28,160 bases of DNA, from assembly GCA_043805855.1 (NCBI GenBank), contig JAZDHP010000045.1:1-28160 (forward strand), in the 5' to 3' direction. Positions within the stretch are counted from its first letter, which is position 1, and every line of letters begins with the position of its first letter. A program made the position numbers and the translations under genes. The stretch comes from Candidatus Micrarchaeota archaeon. GTDB taxonomy: Archaea > Micrarchaeota > Micrarchaeia > Norongarragalinales > UBA8480. The notes beneath the pieces were generated by a model. It saw nothing but the letters and a program-made list of their open reading frames with translations, was not told the DNA's origin and ran no database searches. This document shows positions 1 to 8,114 of this stretch, one piece after another.

Positions 1-104
1 CAGAAACCATTTTAAAGTCTAGTTTGTCTTTTAATTGTAACTAAGTTGTTTCGCCCGAGGCAACTTCTTTACTAACTACTTTCCTTTGGGATAACAGTAG
101 AAGG

Positions 105-749
105 GTGTTTAATTTGGATAAAAAGAAACTATTACAATGTATTGAAGCTGCGGTTACTCAAGGTCATGGAAAGTGCAAGTTCCAGCAAAGTGTGGAAATT
201 GCAGTTAACTTCCGCGACGTTGACTTCAACAAGCCAGAAAACAGGTTGAACTTAGACGTTGTACTGCCGTACACTGCTAAAGAGCCAAAAATTGCTATTT
301 TTGCAGAGGGACAACTTGGCATCGACGCAAAAGGTGTATGTGACAAGGTAATTTCACAAGCTGAAATTGAGTTATATGCCAAGGACAAGAAAATGCAAAA
401 AGAGCTCTTTTCCTACACGCTTATTTCTTCAACGCAGCTCATGCCAGTTGTTGGTAAAACTCTTGGTCAATTGCTAGGTGCGCGCGGTAAACTACCTCGT
501 CCAGTTATGCCTGGAATGAACTTAAAAGACCTAGTGAACAGGGTGAAGCGCAGCGTTTCGATAAAAACCAAGGGAAAGTACTTGCCAACTGTGCACGTTA
601 TGATTGGCAACGAGGCAACTCCAAAGGATCAGCTTCTTGAAAACTTACAGACTATTCTCGAGGCAATTGAGAAGAAAATTCCCGAACACCAAATTTCTTC
701 AATTTACATTAAAACCACAATGGGTCCAGCAGTGAAGGTGGCTAACTAA
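105..749 (+). CDS. rpl1: 50S ribosomal protein uL1
   Basis: FQQSVEIAVNFRDVD at the N-terminus, LGQLLGARGKLP, and C-terminal IYIKTTMGPAVKV; first gene of the L1-L10-L12 cluster. Confidence 0.97.
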   Translation: MFNLDKKKLLQCIEAAVTQGHGKCKFQQSVEIAVNFRDVDFNKPENRLNLDVVLPYTAKEPKIAIFAEGQLGIDAKGVCDKVISQAEIELYAKDKKMQKELFSYTLISSTQLMPVVGKTLGQLLGARGKLPRPVMPGMNLKDLVNRVKRSVSIKTKGKYLPTVHVMIGNEATPKDQLLENLQTILEAIEKKIPEHQISSIYIKTTMGPAVKVAN

Positions 750-750
750 A

Positions 751-1572
751 ATGATCACTAGACAGCAAAAAACCCAAACTGTGAAAACCGTCGCTAGCTT
801 ACTTACTAAATATAGCGTAATTGGCGTTGCTGATATTTCAGGCTTAAAGTCAAGGCAATTCAACGCGATTAAAAAGAAACTACGCGGACAAGCGGAGTTA
901 ATAGTTGCTCGGAAAACCTTATTGAAAATGGCTATTGAAAAAGGCAAGCCAGAAGTCAAACAATTGGAAGACTCAATGACCAAGGCAGAAATCCTTGTGC
1001 TTTCAAACTTAGGTGCGTTTAAACTTTATAAGTTATTCAAGCAAAATAAGTCAAAAACCCCTGCAAAGCCCGGGTCAATTGCGCCAATGGACATTATTGT
1101 TCCAGCCGGCGAAACTAGTTTAGCTCCAGGTCCAGTTTTAACTGAATTAAAACAAGCAAAGATTGACGCAAAGATCCAGGGGCCGAAAATTATAATTACA
1201 AAAGACTGCACTGTTGCACGTGCGGGGCAGCCAATTTCGCCGCAAGTAGCTGGAATTTTAGCCAAGCTCGGTATTGAACCAATGGAAGTTGGAATTGAAC
1301 TTAAAGTCGCCTACGAAAACGGCACAATCTACCCGGGTGAAATCCTGAACGTCGACGAAGAGCAAGTAATTGCAAACATCCTTGACTGCCACAGAAAGGC
1401 AATTAACCTCGCGGTTAACGCAGAGATCTTCAACAAGGTTTCAATTGAACTACTGTTAATGAAAGCTGCACGTGAAGTCAAAGCACTTCCAGTTGCTAAA
1501 GCTGAAGCTAAAGCGGAAAAGCCAGTTGCAACTGAAACTCCAGCAGAAGCACAAGCTCCGCCCGCAGCGTAG
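751..1572 (+). CDS. rpl10: 50S ribosomal protein uL10 (P0)
   Basis: PAKPGSIAPMDIIVPAGETSLAPGP and LAKLGIEPMEVG motifs; lies between L1 and L12. Confidence 0.97.
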   Translation: MITRQQKTQTVKTVASLLTKYSVIGVADISGLKSRQFNAIKKKLRGQAELIVARKTLLKMAIEKGKPEVKQLEDSMTKAEILVLSNLGAFKLYKLFKQNKSKTPAKPGSIAPMDIIVPAGETSLAPGPVLTELKQAKIDAKIQGPKIIITKDCTVARAGQPISPQVAGILAKLGIEPMEVGIELKVAYENGTIYPGEILNVDEEQVIANILDCHRKAINLAVNAEIFNKVSIELLLMKAAREVKALPVAKAEAKAEKPVATETPAEAQAPPAA

Positions 1573-1700
1573 AACAGTTCAATAAATCAAAACAATCTTT
1601 TCTTTTAATTTTTTAATAAAATAAGCAAAAAACAACAAAAATAAATAAAAAATAGAAAAATAAACAAAACAAGAAAATAAAAAATTTAGGTGAATGAAAA

Positions 1701-1994
1701 ATGGAATATACTTACGCAGCAATGTTGCTCCACGCAGCTAAACAACCAATCAACGAAGAGAACGTCAAGAAAGTTTTACACTCAGCAAGTGTAAAGGTTG
1801 ACGATTTGAAAGTCAAAGCACTTGTAACTGCTTTGGATGGCGTTGACATTGAAGCGGCAATTGCAAAAGCAGCAGTCGTCGCAGCAGCACCAGCAGCTAC
1901 TACATCAACAGCAAAAGTTGAAGTGAAAGACGAAAAGACCGAAGAAAAGAAAGAAGAAGAAGCAGCAGCAGGACTCGCAAGCCTCTTTGGTTAA
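1701..1994 (+). CDS. rpl12: 50S ribosomal stalk protein P1 (aL12)
   Basis: [11 protein letters not shown] start, Ala-rich hinge, acidic tail ending GLASLFG; AGGTGA SD upstream. Confidence 0.97.
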   Translation: MEYTYAAMLLHAAKQPINEENVKKVLHSASVKVDDLKVKALVTALDGVDIEAAIAKAAVVAAAPAATTSTAKVEVKDEKTEEKKEEEAAAGLASLFG

Positions 1995-2003
1995 AACAAC
2001 GAT

Positions 2004-2050
2004 AAAAAGAGGGAAGCCGCCTTTGGCTCCCTTTTTCTCTTTTTATTTTT
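2004..2050 (+). terminator. Hairpin plus T-tract terminator after rpl12
   Basis: GAGGGAAGCC...GGCTCCCTTT stem followed by long T runs, between convergent genes. Confidence 0.55.
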
Positions 2051-2075
2051 TAACCTTTTTTTCTAGTTTCGGCGT

Positions 2076-2861
2076 TTAATCCATTACGCTTGCGTCAATT
2101 TCTATTGGTCTTCCTGCGGTTGTCAAGCCTGTCAAAGTTTCAGGTTTTAGCAATAAATCATAGAACTCTGGTTTTGTCGGTTCTCGTTTGTTCACTGCGA
2201 GTGAAGTTTCAAGTACTGTTTCTTCTAAATCAACGCCTTGTTTTTTAAAGTGTTTTTCAATTGCAGTGCAAGCGCGGACAATGCGATTTGCTAGAGTGTT
2301 AACTTGTCTTTTATTTAAATTCGTTTTAAGTTTGTGCAAGGCTTTTTTCAAAGTTTCTAAATCATCTGCACTTTGTGAATCTTCGCTGTCCGTTATAGCT
2401 GCGGTGCGCCATACTTTGTTTCCTCTAGAAAGGGTTTTTACATTGAAAAACCAGCGACTGGAAATGCCTAATTGTCTTTCTACAATGCACGCAATTGGAT
2501 AGTTTGCCCTTGGTTCAACGCTATGTACGATAAAGTGCAAAGAGCGCGGTTTCTCGGTTCCTCTAAGCCAAATTCCGGAGCTATCAGTAAGTAGCTTTTC
2601 GACCCATTTTCTAGATAGCTGCGCCATTACTTCGCGCGCTTCTCTTGGAGTGGCTTCCTCACGTGGCAAATTTCCCCACGCTCCACGGTTCATATTACCC
2701 TCTAAGTTAGTTCGCAACAATACTCGTTTTGCACCTGGAAAGTGCCCCGGTTGAAATTCTTCTGGTTTCCGGTAAACTCGCCACGGTAGTACTGAGACGC
2801 CTGCTGTTCCGTGCAGCGCTTTTCTCAAGTGTTCCAAACCGTAAAGTTTATTGTAATACAT
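2076..2861 (-). CDS. Hypothetical protein (basic, no recognised family)
   Basis: 261-codon ORF with ATG start that fills the intergenic gap; TATA-like TTTTAAA upstream. Confidence 0.75.
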   Translation of the reverse strand: MYYNKLYGLEHLRKALHGTAGVSVLPWRVYRKPEEFQPGHFPGAKRVLLRTNLEGNMNRGAWGNLPREEATPREAREVMAQLSRKWVEKLLTDSSGIWLRGTEKPRSLHFIVHSVEPRANYPIACIVERQLGISSRWFFNVKTLSRGNKVWRTAAITDSEDSQSADDLETLKKALHKLKTNLNKRQVNTLANRIVRACTAIEKHFKKQGVDLEETVLETSLAVNKREPTKPEFYDLLLKPETLTGLTTAGRPIEIDASVMD

Positions 2862-2976
2862 TTAATGAAAGAAGTAGCGCGGCTGTTTTTTAAAATACGT
2901 GTCTTTAGCGGTTGCAAAGTAAAGCCAAGGCTAGGAAGTTAAAAAAGAAGTAAACTAAAGAAAAATAGTTACTTTT

Positions 2977-3381
2977 CTACGCTGCGGTTTTGTTTTCTAC
3001 GGGGGTTAAACGTGCGCGTGGTACGTTAATTGGTGCGCTTATGTTAACTGCAAATGCAAGTAGCGTTCCAACTGCTGAACACGTGTATGTAACTGCAGTG
3101 AGCATGTCTGAAGCGAACTTTTCAGGGAATTGCTTTGTCTTGTCCCAAGAGTCTTTTAATTCCTTGTACTCTTTGTCGTTTTCCTCGAAGTGCAATTCGC
3201 CTTCGAGTGTCATTTTGCCAGCGTCTGGCGTATAGTTAATCTCGTAAGAATAAGTTACAGTTAGTTTGTTCTTGCCTTCAAATTTAGCGTCTTTAACTTG
3301 GATGTTGACGTTCATGCCTTGGTTTGGCCCGTCTTTCATCCTCTCTGCGCTGACTTTTTTAATTGTTCCACCAGTAATCAT
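2977..3381 (-). CDS. Conserved archaeal hypothetical protein
   Basis: MITGGTIKKVSAER... beta-rich pattern ending in a PINVP motif; GGTG SD upstream. Confidence 0.8.
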   Translation of the reverse strand: MITGGTIKKVSAERMKDGPNQGMNVNIQVKDAKFEGKNKLTVTYSYEINYTPDAGKMTLEGELHFEENDKEYKELKDSWDKTKQFPEKFASDMLTAVTYTCSAVGTLLAFAVNISAPINVPRARLTPVENKTAA

Positions 3382-3458
3382 TTTCAAAACACCCTGTACT
3401 AGAATTGCGTATATTCTTTAGAAAATAACAAGTTTTTAAATCTGCGCGTTTTAGCGAA

Positions 3459-4145
3459 TTAGAAGTCTAGAGTCTGTCCAATTTCCAACACCTTTGCAAC
3501 TGTGCGAGTGTTGTTGCTGTGCAGGCGTTTTGCGAATTCATGCGGGTCAGCGTGGATTCTTTCAAAAGTGTTAAAGTGCATTGGCACAACGAACTTGGCC
3601 TTTATCTTCTTTGCAGCGCTAAGCGCACCGTACATATCCATTGTGAACGTGCCGCCTATTGGAAGCAAAGCAACGTCAACTTCAATTTGGCCCATTTCAA
3701 AAAAGTCATAAGTGTCGCCGGCAAAGTAAACGCTCTTTCCGTCTTTTTCAACAATAAACCCGACGGAGTGTACACTTTGCGGATGTCTCGCAGGAGTTAC
3801 AGTAACTTGCAAGCCGTGAAGTGAAAAACTATCGCCTTCTTCAACTGACATCTTTTGCCGGCTAGAAATATCTGGAAAATTTGCTAGCGTCTCGTCTGGC
3901 CCAACTACAGTTGCAAACGTGCGCTGTGCAATTCGCGTAACGTCGTATGGGTCACAGTGGTCAAAATGCTCGTGGCTGACCATAATCAAATCAGCGCGCT
4001 TAATCGCGTCTACGTTTTTAACCGCTGGTGCAACTAGCCTATCTGCCTGCCGTGGCTTTTGGTCAAACCACGGGTCGAACAAAATGATGCTGCCGTTCAA
4101 GTTAAGCTCAAAACTCGAGTGACCAAACCATGTTAAACTAGCCAT
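3459..4145 (-). CDS. Metallo-beta-lactamase-fold hydrolase (UPF0173-like)
   Basis: TWFGHSSF, DPWF, SHEHFDH (HxHxDH), YFAGDT, LPIGGTFTM, PMHF; start placed at MASLTWFG. Confidence 0.93.
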   Translation of the reverse strand: MASLTWFGHSSFELNLNGSIILFDPWFDQKPRQADRLVAPAVKNVDAIKRADLIMVSHEHFDHCDPYDVTRIAQRTFATVVGPDETLANFPDISSRQKMSVEEGDSFSLHGLQVTVTPARHPQSVHSVGFIVEKDGKSVYFAGDTYDFFEMGQIEVDVALLPIGGTFTMDMYGALSAAKKIKAKFVVPMHFNTFERIHADPHEFAKRLHSNNTRTVAKVLEIGQTLDF

Positions 4146-4226
4146 GAAAGAACACAGGAGGCAAGCGATATAAAACACTTCGCGTTTTGACAAAGTAATT
4201 AAAAATACCACGTCGTTTCAATATGG

Positions 4227-5369
4227 ATGACTATGTTTAAATCTAACCTTTCCAAAAGCGCTGAAAAGCCAAATGTTCCCTTTGTATTTTTATTCATAGC
4301 TGCAATTGCAGTTATTTTTATTGCAGTTAACGTTTACTTTACACTTGCACCGCAAGGCAACGCCGCGGCGCCAATCCAACTGATTAACAGCTCGCAAAAG
4401 TCGATTTACTTATATGCGGCTGAATGTACAAATTGCTTTGCGCTTGACAAACTAGCGCAACAGTTGCTGCCAGATGCTGAACGCGTTTCCCTGAGTGAAA
4501 ACCGCGGTCGAGAGTTAGTTGACAAATATCAAATAACAAAACTTCCCGCAATTATTTCTTTCAACGCTTCACAAGAACAAATCGCAATGGGGGCCTTTCA
4601 ACAACGAGAAGGCGCCTACGTGTTAGAGGTGTTTACCGCTCCATTTTTCGACGTTGCATCTAGAACAATGAAAGGCAACGTAAGTGCATTTGTTGTGCTC
4701 CCTGCCAACTGTCCATCTTGTATGAATGCATCTGCTTTGATTAGAGAAATCAACGCAACTGGATTTTTACTAACTACGAAGTTTATAACTCAAGGTTCAC
4801 CAGAAGCAGGTGCGCTGATTGCAAAGCATAATTTGAACTTTTTACCCGCGTTTATATTTTCAAAAGATGTGCTTGACTATAAGAGCAGTTCAATGCTAGC
4901 AACGCTTACTCCGAGCGCAACCTACGCAGATACTTTAGAGTCAATAAGCCGTACAAGTGAAAATTATTTAGTTGTAAAGCAACCGTTCCCGCCGTTTGTA
5001 AACCTAACGACGAGCGCGATTGAAGGAATTGTAGAAGCAATTTATCTAACTAACAACAACTGCACTAGCTGTTACAATGCGTCAATTCACAAAAACGCAA
5101 TTCGCACTTTCAACATTTACCTTGCAAATGAAACTTTTGTAGATATTTCAACTGCAGCTGGCCAAGCATTAGTTAGTAATTATAATATAACCGCAGTTCC
5201 GACGTTGTTAATGTCAAAAGGCGCCAACGCTTATTCTGCGCTTATCAAATCCTGGAAAACAATCGGGTCAATTGAAAAAGATGGCTGGCTTGTGTTCCGT
5301 AACTTTTCAGTGCTAGGTAACATTAATTATTCACTTGTAAATGGAACTATAGTAACAAGCGCGCCTTAA
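4227..5369 (+). CDS. Membrane-anchored protein with three CxxC thioredoxin-like repeats
   Basis: N-terminal TM helix; CTNC, CPSC and CTSC, each followed by a YxIxxLP/VP-type cis-Pro-like motif. Confidence 0.8.
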   Translation: MTMFKSNLSKSAEKPNVPFVFLFIAAIAVIFIAVNVYFTLAPQGNAAAPIQLINSSQKSIYLYAAECTNCFALDKLAQQLLPDAERVSLSENRGRELVDKYQITKLPAIISFNASQEQIAMGAFQQREGAYVLEVFTAPFFDVASRTMKGNVSAFVVLPANCPSCMNASALIREINATGFLLTTKFITQGSPEAGALIAKHNLNFLPAFIFSKDVLDYKSSSMLATLTPSATYADTLESISRTSENYLVVKQPFPPFVNLTTSAIEGIVEAIYLTNNNCTSCYNASIHKNAIRTFNIYLANETFVDISTAAGQALVSNYNITAVPTLLMSKGANAYSALIKSWKTIGSIEKDGWLVFRNFSVLGNINYSLVNGTIVTSAP

Positions 5370-5970
5370 CAAATCCAACCAAATCCGACAACGTTGCATC
5401 TACGTCTAAAATTAGCCCGCGTTTGCGGTAAACTTTTACAACTGGAAGTGTCTTTTTGCGATACTCTCCAAGTCGCTTTGTAATTATTTCTTTACGGTCA
5501 TCTTCGCGGTGAATTAGCTTTCCACTGCACTTGTTGCAAACTCCTTTTTTAACTGGCGGTGAAAATTTAACATTGTAAATCTGCTGGCACTTTGAACAAA
5601 TTACTCGATTTACAATTCTTTTAATTACAGTTTCGTCGCTTGCAACTAAATTTATAACTTTGTCAATTTTCTTCCCGCGTTTTGCCAACAACATATCTAA
5701 ATCGCTAACTTGTTTCAACGTCCGCGGGTAGCCATCAAGAATAACATTTCCATTTAATTCCTTTTCAACTAGTTTTAGAATATCTGCATCGTCAGCGTAG
5801 TTGCCTGTTTTTATCTTTTCCGCAACGATTTGTCCAAGGTCAGTGCCAGCAGTAATTTCCTTACGCAGCAAATCTCCTGTTGAAACTTGCCGCGCTACGC
5901 CACTCTTTTCCAAGCCCTGCGCTAAAGTGCCTTTGCCAACACCAGGCGGACCGAATAAAATTAAAATCAT
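5347..5970 (-). CDS. adk: Adenylate kinase (AdK family, Zn-lid type)
   Basis: GPPGVGKGT, STGDLLR, LDGYPRT, CxxC...CxxC lid, REDD. Confidence 0.96.
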   Translation of the reverse strand: MILILFGPPGVGKGTLAQGLEKSGVARQVSTGDLLRKEITAGTDLGQIVAEKIKTGNYADDADILKLVEKELNGNVILDGYPRTLKQVSDLDMLLAKRGKKIDKVINLVASDETVIKRIVNRVICSKCQQIYNVKFSPPVKKGVCNKCSGKLIHREDDRKEIITKRLGEYRKKTLPVVKVYRKRGLILDVDATLSDLVGFVKARLLL

Positions 5971-6055
5971 TTTGCTAAAACGTAAGGCGGGGCAAATAAT
6001 AATACTTTGCGCGCTAGCGCTTTAAGCATAAATAGAAAAAACGGGCTCGAGGGGA

Positions 6056-6113
6056 TTTTCACTGGGAGTTTTTCTTTTCCCACGGACTTTTCTTTTTCTA
6101 AAAGAAAAGCCGA
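6056..6113 (-). other. tRNA-Lys T-loop intron (59/60), 58 nt
   Basis: TTCA/TGAA 4-bp helix flanked by 3-nt bulges AA|T and AA|T. Confidence 0.9.
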
Positions 6114-6135
6114 TTTGAACCCCTGACCCTCTGGT

Positions 6136-6159
6136 TGCTGCCTCTAGTTTTAGTAGAGT
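6136..6159 (-). other. tRNA-Lys canonical intron (37/38), 24 nt
   Basis: CTCTA/TAGAG stem; relaxed BHB with one mismatch in the central helix. Confidence 0.88.
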
Positions 6160-6205
6160 TAAAAGCCAGATGCTCTAGCCAAGCTGAGCTACGAGCCCGT
6201 ACAAG

Positions 6206-6294
6206 GGCCGCCACCGGGAAGTTTAGCCGGACGCATTCCGACGCCGGAACCTCGCCTTACTGATCCCTCTGGAACCATAAAAACCCGTGCGACC
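6206..6294 (-). ncRNA. Candidate structured RNA (three-way junction) immediately 5' of tRNA-Lys
   Basis: GC-rich; GGTCGC/GCGGCC closing stem enclosing TGGTTCC/GGGATCA and GAGGTT-CCGG/CCGG-AACTTC hairpins; G-U pairs favour the minus strand. Confidence 0.5.
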
Positions 6295-6320
6295 TTTTGC
6301 TTATTTTTTCGGGGTAAAGG

Positions 6321-6330
6321 TAAATATAAA
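6321..6330. promoter_or_regulatory. Probable bidirectional TATA box
   Basis: TAAATATAAA lies about 25-30 nt from both the PIN ATG (+) and the structured RNA/tRNA unit (-). Confidence 0.5.
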
Positions 6331-6351
6331 TGCGTGTACCTAATTTTTGAA

Positions 6352-6729
6352 ATGATTCCAGTTGTAATTGACACTAATGTTTTGCTTCTTCAGTTCCAGA
6401 AGCGGGTTAACCTAGAGGAAGAGATAGAGCGGTTAATTGAAGCACCGCATTTTTTTGTTGTGCTAGAGCAATGCGTTGATGAGTTGAAGGCAATGGCTTC
6501 GAAGCAAAGGAAGTTTTCCCTCGCGGCTAGGGCAGCGTTGGCTTTGATAAGGGTAAAATATAAAGTTGACAAAAGTACCGCTGGAAAGCCAGACGATGCG
6601 ATGTTAAATTACTGCGTTGCGAATGGCGGGATATTGTGTACGCTTGACGTTGCGCTTCGCAAAAAAGCTCGCGACAAGGGGGTAAAAGCAGTTTTTCTCA
6701 GGGGGGAAAGCCACTTGTCTCTAGCGTAG
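6352..6729 (+). CDS. PIN-domain protein (Fcf1/Utp24-like, COG1412)
   Basis: VVIDTNVL, DEL, DDAM, CTLDVALRKKA; conserved position upstream of rpoE1. Confidence 0.9.
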   Translation: MIPVVIDTNVLLLQFQKRVNLEEEIERLIEAPHFFVVLEQCVDELKAMASKQRKFSLAARAALALIRVKYKVDKSTAGKPDDAMLNYCVANGGILCTLDVALRKKARDKGVKAVFLRGESHLSLA

Positions 6730-6821
6730 CAAAGGCCCCCAGCGCGGCCTTCAGCACAAGCGAAGCTTGTGTCTGAGTCACAAATGCAGCGGCATTTGTG
6801 CTCATTGAGACCACGGCAACC
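6730..6821. repeat. Multi-hairpin intergenic element, copy 1, flanked by a 9-bp direct repeat CTAGCGTAG
   Basis: Direct repeat at 6721-6729 and 6822-6830; core 6751-6804 is homologous to 23377-23431. Confidence 0.8.
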
Positions 6822-6885
6822 CTAGCGTAGTGTTTTTTAATCAGTTTTCTTCTATTTTTTTTACGTTTTATTGAGGTTTACTTAT

Positions 6886-7401
6886 ATGTATCGATTAGTT
6901 ACTTTCAAAGAAGTTGTAAGAATTCCCCCAAGTTACTTTGGCAAAAAAGTTTCTTTTGGGGCGCTTGACTTGCTCCGCGAGCAATATGAACGTACTGTTT
7001 CCAAACAGCATGGCATAATTGTTTCGCTGCACAACGCTCGCGTTATGTCAAAAGGCAAAGTTATTCACGGCGATGGCGCAGTTTTCTGCGATGTTGAATT
7101 CGACGCGCTTGTGTTTACGCCGGTTGTAAATGAAGTTGTTGAAGGTAGAGTTTCTGAAATTGTTGAATTCGGCGCGTTTGTGCGCCTAGGGCCAATTGAT
7201 GGTTTAGTACACGTTTCACAAGTTGCAAATGACTACTTTTCCTACGACAAGAGAACTGGTTCCTTAGTTGGAAAGAACTCTAAGAAAACAGTGAAAAAAG
7301 GAGAGTTAATGCGCGGTAAAATTGCAACTGTTAGTTTGAAAGACACAATTCCAAACAGTAAAATTGCGTTGACAATGCGCAACGAGCCGTCAAACAAGTA
7401 A
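6886..7401 (+). CDS. rpoE1: DNA-directed RNA polymerase subunit Rpo7 (E')
   Basis: VRIPP, HGDGAV, and an S1 domain EFGAFVRLGPIDGLVHVSQ. Confidence 0.97.
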   Translation: MYRLVTFKEVVRIPPSYFGKKVSFGALDLLREQYERTVSKQHGIIVSLHNARVMSKGKVIHGDGAVFCDVEFDALVFTPVVNEVVEGRVSEIVEFGAFVRLGPIDGLVHVSQVANDYFSYDKRTGSLVGKNSKKTVKKGELMRGKIATVSLKDTIPNSKIALTMRNEPSNK

Positions 7402-7415
7402 AAAGGTCGATTGTA

Positions 7416-7604
7416 ATGAATGAAAAAGCATGTAGGCAATGTCGATTAGTAGTTGAAGGGCAAGTTTGCCCGTTGTGCAATACTGGTGAACACTTAACCA
7501 AAACCTGGGAGGGGTACATTTTCGTTGTTAACCCTGAAGGTTCTGAAGTTGCAGCTGCAATTGGTGCAAAAACGCCAGGCAAGTATGCTTTGAAAATCAA
7601 ATAA
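7416..7604 (+). CDS. spt4: Transcription elongation factor Spt4 (RpoE'')
   Basis: KACRQC...CPLC, WEG, SEVA, PGKYALK. Confidence 0.96.
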   Translation: MNEKACRQCRLVVEGQVCPLCNTGEHLTKTWEGYIFVVNPEGSEVAAAIGAKTPGKYALKIK

Positions 7605-7652
7605 GTTAAGTAGCTAGCTGAGTGATTTAATTATTTTTAATGGTGAATAAAA

Positions 7653-7952
7653 ATGGAAGTTAAAATAAATTCTAAAACTGAAAACAAGCTTTTCGATAGG
7701 ATTGAAGTGAATGCAACTTTGTCTAAGTATACATCTACTCCCTCGCGTAAAGAAGTTGAACAAGCGCTTTGCAATGAATTAAAATGTCCAGTTGGCGCGC
7801 TTGTTATAAATGAAATTTTACAACCGTTTGGTACGAAAACTGCAACGGTAAATGCGCGCGTCTATGTTTCTCCAGAACAAGCTGGAAAAATGGAACCAAA
7901 GTATAAGTTCCAGCGTGGGAAACCAAAAGAAAAACCAGTGGAAGCTAAGTAG
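7653..7952 (+). CDS. rps24e: 30S ribosomal protein eS24
   Basis: ENKLFDRIEV, TPSRKEV, FG...ARVY; synteny. Confidence 0.93.
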   Translation: MEVKINSKTENKLFDRIEVNATLSKYTSTPSRKEVEQALCNELKCPVGALVINEILQPFGTKTATVNARVYVSPEQAGKMEPKYKFQRGKPKEKPVEAK

Positions 7953-7976
7953 TAAGAAAAAGGGTGTTTACAAATT

Positions 7977-8114
7977 ATGGCTAAAGATAAAAAAAAGAAA
8001 CCAAAAGCATATGTTGTAGGAAAATACTGTTTAAAATGCGGGCCAGGAACTAAAATGGCCAGCCACAAGGATAGAAACGCTTGTGGAAAATGCGGCTACG
8101 CTGAACACAAGTGA
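7977..8114 (+). CDS. rps27ae: 30S ribosomal protein eS31 (S27ae); not in the ORF track
   Basis: Translated by hand: MAKDKKKKPKAYVVGKYCLKCGPGTKMASHKDRNACGKCGYAEHK. Confidence 0.95.
   Translation: MAKDKKKKPKAYVVGKYCLKCGPGTKMASHKDRNACGKCGYAEHK

Larger units (their letters stand above)
6042..6198 (-). tRNA. tRNA-Lys(TTT) with two introns (37/38 and 59/60)
   Basis: Removing 6136-6159 and 6056-6113 gives a 75-nt cloverleaf GGGCTCG...TCTGG-CTTTTAA-CCAGA...AGGGG-TTCAAAT-CCCCT-CGAGCCC-G; CCA not encoded. Confidence 0.95.

Noticed and set aside
1573..1700. A-rich tract between rpl10 and rpl12
   Set aside because: Low-complexity spacer with no ORF or stable structure.
6205..6260. 5S rRNA-like words on the + strand (CCGGACGCATTCCGACGCCGGAA)
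   Set aside because: Helix II cannot be formed, the segment is too short, and pairing is better on the minus strand; not called 5S without a covariance search.
6189..6374. 61-aa minus-strand ORF
   Set aside because: Runs through the structured element, the promoter and the tRNA 5' end; no protein-like features.
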